Positions 8,659-16,341 of a stretch of 64,000 nucleotides of DNA are shown one piece after another; positions within the stretch are counted from its first letter, which is position 1, and every line of letters begins with the position of its first letter. Made by a program: the position numbers and the translations under genes. The stretch covers positions 67,279-131,278 of the forward strand of contig JACPZW010000003.1 of assembly GCA_016195265.1 (NCBI GenBank). Reading direction: 5' to 3'. Origin of the DNA: Acidobacteriota bacterium. Lineage in GTDB: Bacteria > Acidobacteriota > Vicinamibacteria > Vicinamibacterales > CAVVIG01. The notes beneath the pieces are model-generated. The model was not told the origin of the DNA. It did not search any database and worked only from the letters and a program-made list of their open reading frames with translations.

Positions 8659-8799
8659 CGGCCACGTCGCGCCGTACACCGCAATGCCGTGGGCGAACTT
8701 CTCGAACTGGACCGAAGAAGGTCGCCACAGTGAAGCCAACCTTGTTGCGCTGCGCGCGTGCGGGATAGACTCGCGATCGATCAGACGTCAGGAGGCAGT

Positions 8800-11700
8800 A
8801 TGCGGAAGCTGTGGCTGATGATGCTGCTTGTCGCAGCGTTCGCGATCACGGCGTCGGCGCAGGAAACGACAGGAACGATTACGGGCACGACCGCTGACCA
8901 GACGGGCGCGGTCCTGCCCGGGGTGACGGTCACCCTCAAGAACCTCAATACCGGCGGCCAACGTGCCGTCGTCTCCGGCGCCCAGGGCGTGTACACGGCG
9001 CCTCTGCTTCCCATCGGTCCCTACGAGGTTTCGTTCGAGCTGGCGGGCTTCCAGACCGTCACGGTCCGGGACATCACGCTGCACGTGAACGACCGCCTGC
9101 AGATCGACGGGCGGCTGATGGTCGGCGGGGTCGCCGAGGTCGTGAGCGTCACCGCCGCAGGCGAGCTGGTCCAACCGGTGGCGGCGCTCCAGACGACGAT
9201 GACGCCGCGCCAGGTGCAGGAGCTGCCGCTCAACAACCGCAACTTCGTGCAGCTCGCGACGCTGGCGCCGGGCGTGTCGAGCGATCTACCCGACGAGGTC
9301 GGGATCGGGCTCACAAGCAGCGTCAGCATCTCCGTGAACGGCGCACGTCGCAATGCGGTGAACTGGCTCGTCGATGGCGTCTCGGACGTGGACGCGGGTT
9401 CGAACATCACGCTGCTCTCGACGCCCACCCTCGAATCGATCGAGGAATTCAAGATCATCACGAACAGCTATCAGGCCGAATGGCCGCGCAGCGGCGGCGG
9501 CATCGTCAACGTCGTGACCAAGTCGGGCTCGAACCGCTACGCGGGCAGCGCCTACGAGTTCCTGCGGAGCGATAAGCTGAACGCGAACTCGTTTTTTCGG
9601 AACCTCAGCTCGAACCAGGACGTGAACAGCCATCCACCGCAGCTCGACTACCACAACTTCGGTGCGACAATCGGCGGCCCGGCGATCAAGAGCAAGCTGT
9701 TTTTCTTCTACTCGGAAGAGGTGCGGCGGATCACGCGCCAGCCTGCGTCGGTCACCGCGCAGGTCTTCGACCCGTCGTGGCTCACGGATCCGGCCAATTC
9801 GAACTACGTTGCGCCAGCGCTCCGCGATCCGAACGCAGTGAAGCTGCTGTCGTTGTGGCCCGCGCCAAACGTGGCAGGCACGACGCGGTTCCTGAACTCG
9901 CAGGCCAACATCAACAACACCCGTCAGGAGGTGGCGCGGGTCGACTACGAGTTGAATCCCCGATGGCGCCTCACGGGGCGCTACACGCACGACAACAGCT
10001 ACACCGAGGAGCCGGGCGGTCTGTTCCTCGGCCTGGTGGTGCCCGACGTCGGCACAACGGACACGAGCGTGCCCGGCCAGGTGGCGGCCGTCCAGCTGCG
10101 CACGATCATCGGCGCGACATCGATGAATGAGTTCCAGTTCCAGTTCTCGAGCAACACGATCAGCGACCGGAATCCCTCGGGAGCGAACAACACGCGCGCC
10201 TCTCTCGCCCTCAACGTGCCGGAAGTATTCGCGGGCAACGCAGGCGGTTATATGCCGCTCGTCGCCGTCACGGGAATGTCGACGATCGGCGTCAGCCAGC
10301 TCTACAACATCGAGTATCGCAACTACTCGATCACCGACAGCTTCTCGGCGCAGCGCGGCGCCCACTCCATCAAGACGGGCGGCCTGGCCACGTTCGAGCA
10401 GAAGAACGAGAACGCCGCAAATCAGACGCATGGCAACTTCAGTTTCGGCACTGGTGGCGGCCGCACCGCGTTTCAGAATTTCCTGACGGGCAATGCCGAC
10501 GGGCTGTGCGGCGCCAACTGTGTCTACACCGAGGCGGAGATCGACATCACCAACCACCTTCGCTTCGGCCGCTTCGAGTTCTTCGCGCAGGACTCGTGGA
10601 AACCCCGGCCGAACGTGACCGTCGACTACGGGGTGCGCTACTCGCTCTATCCGCCGGTCACGGACACGAACAACCTGATGACCAATTTCTCGCCGTCGCT
10701 GTATCGGGCGGCAAGCGCGCCCCGCTTCGCCAACGCGACCGGCTCGCTCATCACGCTCGGGACCGGCGACCCGCTGAACGGCATCGTCATCGCCGGGAAG
10801 AATTCGCCATACGGCGACAGCATTTACCCGCTTGACAAGGGCAACGTGCAGCCGCGCGCCGGCGTCACCTGGGACCCGCGGAAGGACCACCGCACAATCG
10901 TGCGCGGCGCGTACGGCATCTACTACGACCAGGCGCTGGTCGGCATCTTCGAGGAAGCGGCGTTCAACAACCCGCCGTTCAACAACACGGTCAGTCTGCA
11001 GAACGCCCGCCTCTCGAACCCGGCCGCCGGCACGTCGCCGACGACCACCGGCGTGCGCAACCTCACCGCCATCGGCGAGGATTTCCGGACGCCGCGGACG
11101 CAGCAGTGGAATGTCGGCGTGCAGCGGCAGATCTACGCGCGCGGCGTGATCGACGTCAGCTACGTCGGCGCCCGCGGCGACCACCTGCTGCGCCCGGTCG
11201 ACATCAACCAGCCTCAGCCGGCCGACGTGCTGCGGCTCGGCGGCCTGAACATCGCCCGGCCGTACCTCGGCTACGGATCGATCACGGTGCGACAGACCAC
11301 AGCGCGGAGCAACTACTGGGGGATGCTTTCGAGCTTTCGGCACGACGCCGGTGCCGCGGGTTCGCTCACCGTCAACTACACGCTCAGCCGCAATCGCACC
11401 GACTCCACCAACGATCGCGACGCCACCGACCTCCCCCAGAACCCGCTGGATCTCGACGCGGAGTACGCCGACGCGCGCACGGATCGACGGCACATCTTCA
11501 CGGCGAACTACATCTACATGCTGCCGTTCCTGAAGGACACGAGCCATGCGCTGCTGAAGGACCTCTTCGCCGGCTGGCAGATCGCCGGCATCACGACGAT
11601 CAACTCAGGCCAGCCGGTGTCGCGCATTTCCGAGAGCACGAACGGCGGGCTCCGGGGCAGCCGGCCGAACCTCGTGGGCGATCCCGGCGCGGGCGAGCAG

Positions 11701-12045
11701 ACGGCCAATCTGTACTGGTTCAATCCCAACGCCTACGCTCCGGCCGCCGACGGCACGTACGGAAATTCCCAGCGCGCGGAATGGCGCCAGCCGGGCCGGA
11801 ACCAGACGGATCTGGCGATCTCGAAGAATTGGACGTTCAGCGCGACAGCCCGCGTGCAGTTCCGCGCCGACTTCATCAACGCGTTCAATCACACGCAGTG
11901 GCTGTCCAACCCGACCGTGGGGGGCCTCGACAACACCTGCACGACGAGCCTGACGACGTGCAACCCGTCGACCGACACGTTCGGGCAGATTCTCAATACG
12001 CGCGCGCCGCGTGAAATTCAGCTAGGATTGAAGTTCTACTGGTAG
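8800..12045 (+). CDS. TonB-dependent receptor-like outer-membrane protein with N-terminal carboxypeptidase-regulatory-like domain
   Basis: The internal Met of ORF 8758..12045 is preceded by GGAGG. Signal peptide MRKLWLMMLLVAAFAITASAQE, then TGTITGTTAD...GVTVTLKNL (CarboxypepD_reg). The C-terminus ends in the aromatic ...LGLKFYW. Confidence 0.8.
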   Translation: MRKLWLMMLLVAAFAITASAQETTGTITGTTADQTGAVLPGVTVTLKNLNTGGQRAVVSGAQGVYTAPLLPIGPYEVSFELAGFQTVTVRDITLHVNDRLQIDGRLMVGGVAEVVSVTAAGELVQPVAALQTTMTPRQVQELPLNNRNFVQLATLAPGVSSDLPDEVGIGLTSSVSISVNGARRNAVNWLVDGVSDVDAGSNITLLSTPTLESIEEFKIITNSYQAEWPRSGGGIVNVVTKSGSNRYAGSAYEFLRSDKLNANSFFRNLSSNQDVNSHPPQLDYHNFGATIGGPAIKSKLFFFYSEEVRRITRQPASVTAQVFDPSWLTDPANSNYVAPALRDPNAVKLLSLWPAPNVAGTTRFLNSQANINNTRQEVARVDYELNPRWRLTGRYTHDNSYTEEPGGLFLGLVVPDVGTTDTSVPGQVAAVQLRTIIGATSMNEFQFQFSSNTISDRNPSGANNTRASLALNVPEVFAGNAGGYMPLVAVTGMSTIGVSQLYNIEYRNYSITDSFSAQRGAHSIKTGGLATFEQKNENAANQTHGNFSFGTGGGRTAFQNFLTGNADGLCGANCVYTEAEIDITNHLRFGRFEFFAQDSWKPRPNVTVDYGVRYSLYPPVTDTNNLMTNFSPSLYRAASAPRFANATGSLITLGTGDPLNGIVIAGKNSPYGDSIYPLDKGNVQPRAGVTWDPRKDHRTIVRGAYGIYYDQALVGIFEEAAFNNPPFNNTVSLQNARLSNPAAGTSPTTTGVRNLTAIGEDFRTPRTQQWNVGVQRQIYARGVIDVSYVGARGDHLLRPVDINQPQPADVLRLGGLNIARPYLGYGSITVRQTTARSNYWGMLSSFRHDAGAAGSLTVNYTLSRNRTDSTNDRDATDLPQNPLDLDAEYADARTDRRHIFTANYIYMLPFLKDTSHALLKDLFAGWQIAGITTINSGQPVSRISESTNGGLRGSRPNLVGDPGAGEQTANLYWFNPNAYAPAADGTYGNSQRAEWRQPGRNQTDLAISKNWTFSATARVQFRADFINAFNHTQWLSNPTVGGLDNTCTTSLTTCNPSTDTFGQILNTRAPREIQLGLKFYW

Positions 12046-14865
12046 ATGGCTGAAACAATCGATTGGCCCCCGGCGCGCCGCCCGCGGCGGCGCGGCCTCT
12101 TCTTCCTCATCGCCGTCCTCGCTGTGCTCGTCATCAGCGCCGGCACCGCGCTGTCCTACTACGTTGACGCGCTCTGGTTCGGCTCGCTCGGCTACAGCAG
12201 CGTCTTCTGGAAATCGCTCAACCTGCAAGCCGCCGTGTTTAGCGGCTTCACGCTCGTCACCTTCGCGCTGCTCTACGGATCGTTCCTCATCCTCAAGCCG
12301 GCGAAGCTCGGCGAGCTGGCCGGGCTGCCGATTCTGATCAACGGCCAGCCGATCAAACTGCCGGTCGAACCGGTGATCCGGCTCATCGCGATCGCCGGAT
12401 CGATCGTGATCGCGCTCGCGACCGGCGCCGGAATGATGGCCGAGTGGCCCGCGCTCGCGCTGTACTGGTACGCGCCCGCGGCGGCGGCCGCGGTCGATCC
12501 GATCTTCGGCCGCCCGCTGACTTTCTATCTGTTCACGCTTCCCGCCTGGCAGATGCTGAGCGGCTGGCTGATGACCATCGCCGTCGTCATCGGCGCGATG
12601 TCGGTGTTCTTCATCACGCTGACCGGCGGATCGCGGCTGATCGGCGGGCGCAAGGACACCGGCGCCGGCGCGTGGCGTGGATTGTCGACGGCGTTCGCGG
12701 GCGTGCTGCTGATGCTCGCGATCCGCGTGTACCTGGGCCGCTTCGAGCGGCTCTTCGCCGATCACACGATCTTCACAGGTGTGTCGTACACCGACGCGCA
12801 CGTCACGCTGACCGGAATGCTCTTCGTGTCGGCCGCGCTCGCGGCCGGCGCGCTGATCGCGCTCGTCAACGTCGTCGCCGTTCCGCGCGTCCGGTGGCTC
12901 GTCGCCTCCGTCGTGCCTGCCGCCGCGTGCTACGTCCTCGTCGGGGTGGCCGGCTGGTACGTCAGCAGCTTCATCGTCAAGCCGAACGAGCTCGTTCGCG
13001 AAACGCCGTACATCGCGCACAACATCGAGATGACGCGCCAGGCGTACGCGCTCAACCGCATCGCCGAGCATCCGTTCCCCGCCGAAACGAGCGTGGAAGC
13101 CGCCGACGCGGCGAACAACCAGGCGACGCTGCAGAACATCCGGCTATGGGACTGGCGCGCGCTGCAGGACACGCTGCGGCAGATTCAGGAAATCCGCACG
13201 TACTACGACTTCCCGGACATCGACATCGACCGCTACACCATCGACGGCACGGTCCGGCAGATGATGCTCGCCGTGCGCGAGCTGAACGTCGACAAACTGC
13301 CCGAGAGCAGCCGCAACTGGATCAACGAGAAGCTGGTCTACACGCACGGCTACGGCGTGACAATGAACCCGGTCAACGGCTTCACGCCCGAAGGCCTGCC
13401 CACGCTCGTGCTGAGCAACATGCCGGTGCAGAGCACGATCCCCAGCCTGAAGCTCACGCGGCCGGAGATCTACTTCGGCGAGCTGACCAACACCGACGTC
13501 TACGTCAACACGCGGCAGAAGGAATTCAACTACCCGCAGGGCGAGACCAACAGCCTGACCTCATACGAGGGCAAGGGCGGCATCCTGCTCGGCGGCTACT
13601 TGCGTCGCCTGTTCATCGCGCTCGACCGCGGTGATCTGACGAAGCTGCCGTTCAGCGACGACGTGACCGCCGAGAGCCGGCTGTTGATGCGACGGTCCAT
13701 TCACGAGCGGCTCGACACGCTGGCGGGACAGTTCCTCACCTTCGATCCCGATCCCTACGTCGTCGTCGGTGAAGACGGGCGGCTGTCGTGGATCATCGAC
13801 GGCTTCACGACGTCGGACACGTATCCCGGCGCGCGGCACTACCGCCTGGGGCGCGAGCGCATCAACTACATGCGCAACAGCGTCAAGGCGGTCGTCGACG
13901 CGTACGACGGCACGACGACGTTCTACGTGTTCGATGCGGAGGATCCGATCGTCACGGCGTACCGCCGCATCTTCCCCGGTCTGTTCAAGGACGCGTCCGC
14001 GATGCCGCCGGACCTGCGCACGCACGTCCGGTATCCCGAGCTGTTTCTGAAGCTGCAGGCCGCGGTGTACGGGCTGTATCACATGACCGATCCCGCCGTG
14101 TTCTACAACCGCGAAGATCTCTGGAGCGTGGCGAGTGAAGTGGGCCTGAACGCGCAGCGCGAGCAGGCGACGCAGCCGATGGAGCCGAACTTCGTGCTGA
14201 TGACGCTGCCCGGCGAGAAGACTCCGGAGTTCATCGAGATCCTGCCGTTCACACCGGCGAACCGCAACAACCTGATCGGCTGGATCGCCGGCCGCAGCGA
14301 CGATCCGCACTACGGCACCGCGCTCGTCTACGACTTTCCGAAGACGAAGCTGGTCGACGGCCCGCTGCAGATCGAGGCGCGCATCGATCAGAACGCGCAG
14401 CTCTCCGGCCAGCTCTCGCTGTGGAATCAGCAGGGCTCGCACGTGCGCCGGGGCAATTTGATCGTGATCCCGATCGGACGCGCGTTGCTGTACGCCGAGC
14501 CGATTTACCTGCAGGCCGAGCGCAGTCCGATGCCGGAGATGCGGCTCGTCGTGCTGGCGCTGCAGGATCGATTGGCGTACGGACCGACGTTCGAGACGGC
14601 GATGGCCGCGCTGTTCGGCGGTCAGGCGTCCACGCTCGCCACCGCGCCGGCCGCGCCCGCGCCGAACGCGCCGGCGGCGGCGGGACGGCCCGCGCCGGCC
14701 GGCGGCGCTCCGGAGACGACCGACATGAACGCGCTCATCGCCGAAGCTGCGCGCGATCTCACCGACTACCAGCGGCTGACCGCCGAGGGCAAGCTCGGGG
14801 AGGCCGGGCAGAGACTCGAGGCGCTCAAGCAGAAACTCGAGCGCCTGAACCGAGCACGCCGCTGA
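12046..14865 (+). CDS. UPF0182 family polytopic membrane protein
   Basis: 939-aa ORF starting directly after the preceding stop (TAGATG). The N-terminal TM block with YYVDALWFGSLGY and a large extracytoplasmic domain are typical of UPF0182. Confidence 0.75.
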   Translation: MAETIDWPPARRPRRRGLFFLIAVLAVLVISAGTALSYYVDALWFGSLGYSSVFWKSLNLQAAVFSGFTLVTFALLYGSFLILKPAKLGELAGLPILINGQPIKLPVEPVIRLIAIAGSIVIALATGAGMMAEWPALALYWYAPAAAAAVDPIFGRPLTFYLFTLPAWQMLSGWLMTIAVVIGAMSVFFITLTGGSRLIGGRKDTGAGAWRGLSTAFAGVLLMLAIRVYLGRFERLFADHTIFTGVSYTDAHVTLTGMLFVSAALAAGALIALVNVVAVPRVRWLVASVVPAAACYVLVGVAGWYVSSFIVKPNELVRETPYIAHNIEMTRQAYALNRIAEHPFPAETSVEAADAANNQATLQNIRLWDWRALQDTLRQIQEIRTYYDFPDIDIDRYTIDGTVRQMMLAVRELNVDKLPESSRNWINEKLVYTHGYGVTMNPVNGFTPEGLPTLVLSNMPVQSTIPSLKLTRPEIYFGELTNTDVYVNTRQKEFNYPQGETNSLTSYEGKGGILLGGYLRRLFIALDRGDLTKLPFSDDVTAESRLLMRRSIHERLDTLAGQFLTFDPDPYVVVGEDGRLSWIIDGFTTSDTYPGARHYRLGRERINYMRNSVKAVVDAYDGTTTFYVFDAEDPIVTAYRRIFPGLFKDASAMPPDLRTHVRYPELFLKLQAAVYGLYHMTDPAVFYNREDLWSVASEVGLNAQREQATQPMEPNFVLMTLPGEKTPEFIEILPFTPANRNNLIGWIAGRSDDPHYGTALVYDFPKTKLVDGPLQIEARIDQNAQLSGQLSLWNQQGSHVRRGNLIVIPIGRALLYAEPIYLQAERSPMPEMRLVVLALQDRLAYGPTFETAMAALFGGQASTLATAPAAPAPNAPAAAGRPAPAGGAPETTDMNALIAEAARDLTDYQRLTAEGKLGEAGQRLEALKQKLERLNRARR

Positions 14866-14870
14866 GAATG

Positions 14871-14967
14871 GATAACCACGGAGGACACGGAGGAAAGGAG
14901 GAAAACCGTGTGCACAGGTTCCCCATCAAGATTTCCCTCCGTGTCCTCAGTGTCCTCCGTGGTTAAT
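14871..14967. repeat. MITE-like long hairpin, family E (termini TAACCACGGAGGACAC)
   Basis: Left arm GATAACCACGGAGGACACGGAGGAAAGGAGGAAAACC. Right arm ATTTCCCTCCGTGTCCTCAGTGTCCTCCGTGGTTAAT. It lies between convergent stops at 14865 and 14967. Confidence 0.7.
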
Positions 14968-15365
14968 TACGTCTGCGGTACGCGTTCCGCGAAGGTGATC
15001 ACGTACCCGTCCGGATCCTCGATCGCGAACTCGCGCATGCCGTACCACTGCGTGACGATCGGCATCGCGATCTTCACCTTCAGCTTCACGGCCTCGTGAA
15101 ACGCGTCGATGCCTTCGACCTCGATGAACATCGTCCCGGTCGCGCCGATCGGTTTGCCGGCGAACGACGGGTACTCCTTGATCGCGGCCGCGGCGTCGTT
15201 GAAGAAGATCTCGAGCGGGCCGCTGGTCACTGATGCGAACACGAACGGCGGCTGATCGGGCACGGTCATCCCGCGCGCGAAGCCGAGCGTGTCCACGTAG
15301 AACGCCAGACTGCGTTCGACGTTGCCGACGAGGAGGTTGGGCGTGAGTTTCCTGAAGCTAGGCAT
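14967..15365 (-). CDS. VOC/glyoxalase-bleomycin resistance family protein
   Basis: 132-aa ORF with a typical VOC fold pattern (LLVGNVERSLAFYVDTLGF...FAIEDPDGYVITF). Confidence 0.75.
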   Translation of the reverse strand: MPSFRKLTPNLLVGNVERSLAFYVDTLGFARGMTVPDQPPFVFASVTSGPLEIFFNDAAAAIKEYPSFAGKPIGATGTMFIEVEGIDAFHEAVKLKVKIAMPIVTQWYGMREFAIEDPDGYVITFAERVPQT

Positions 15366-15430
15366 GGCACACCTTTCGCGTGTGCTCGCTGATGCCTACA
15401 TCCACGGACTCGGCGAGATCGAGAGCGCAG

Positions 15431-15470
15431 GTAGGAGGTCCTTCAGGTGTGGCGGACCCCCGCTAGGTAC
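15431..15470. repeat. degenerate extragenic REP-like unit
   Basis: GTAGGAGGTCC-TTCAGGTGTGGC-GGACCCCCGCTAGGTAC has a GTAG head and a GGNGGTCC/GGACCCCC stem resembling the intragenic units. Confidence 0.35.
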
Positions 15471-15504
15471 GGGCGGGAGACTATCATGAATTGCCGATCG
15501 CAGA

Positions 15505-15549
15505 AATGCAGGAATGCACGAATGCAAGGCTGACGGGTAGAATGATTTC
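15505..15549 (+). promoter_or_regulatory. three tandem AATGCANG octamers followed by a TAGAAT -10 box 6 nt upstream of the FKBP ATG (candidate leaderless promoter)
   Basis: AATGCAGG AATGCACG AATGCAAG (15505-15528), TAGAAT (15538-15543), GATTTC, then ATG at 15550. No SD sequence is present. Confidence 0.4.
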
Positions 15550-16341
15550 ATGCGTTCTTACATTCTTGCGTTTCTGCACTGCCTGATCGCCGTGTCGGTT
15601 CTGGCGCAGACGTCCTCGACCATCCCCGCGCCGCCGGACGTCGCGGCGCCGCCCGCCGACGCGACGAAATTGGCGTCGGGTCTGGCGACGAAAGTCATCA
15701 AAACCGGCGCCGGGAAGGATCGGCCCGCCAAGGACGACGTCGTCACCGTGCATTACACCGGCTGGAAAACCGATGGGGCGATGTTCGACAGCTCGGTCGC
15801 GCGCAAGACGCCGTCGAGCTTTGCCGTCGGCCGCGTGATCGCGGGATTCAGCGAAGGCCTGCAGCTGATGACGATCGGCGAAACGCGGCGCCTGTGGATT
15901 CCGGAGTCGCTCGCGTACAAGGGACAGCGCGAGCCGAAAGGCATGCTCGTCTTCGACGTCGAGTTGCTCGGCATCCCGAGCCGCGCGCCGGCGGACGTGA
16001 AGTCGCCGCCGGCCGACGCGATCAAGACGGCGAGCGGCCTCGTCTACAAGGTCCTGCAGCCCGGCATCAACGCGAAGCATCCGCGCGCGACGAGCCAGGT
16101 CACCGTGCATTACACCGGCTGGACGATGGACGGGAAGATGTTCGACAGTTCGGTCGTGCAGGGACGTCCGGCGACGTTTTCCCTGGACGGCGTGATCGCC
16201 GGCTGGACCGAAGGCCTGCAGTTGATGGCCGAGGGCGGAAAGACACGCTTCTGGATCCCGGCGAAGCTCGCGTACGAAGGACAGCCGAGCCGGCCTCAGG
16301 GCATGCTCGTCTTCGACGTCGAGCTGATCAAGATCGAATAG
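15550..16341 (+). CDS. FKBP-type peptidyl-prolyl cis-trans isomerase with two FKBP domains, secreted
   Basis: 263-aa ORF with a signal peptide and two copies of VTVHYTGW..DG..FDSS...G.IAG..EGLQLM..G...R.WIP..LAY. Confidence 0.85.
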   Translation: MRSYILAFLHCLIAVSVLAQTSSTIPAPPDVAAPPADATKLASGLATKVIKTGAGKDRPAKDDVVTVHYTGWKTDGAMFDSSVARKTPSSFAVGRVIAGFSEGLQLMTIGETRRLWIPESLAYKGQREPKGMLVFDVELLGIPSRAPADVKSPPADAIKTASGLVYKVLQPGINAKHPRATSQVTVHYTGWTMDGKMFDSSVVQGRPATFSLDGVIAGWTEGLQLMAEGGKTRFWIPAKLAYEGQPSRPQGMLVFDVELIKIE

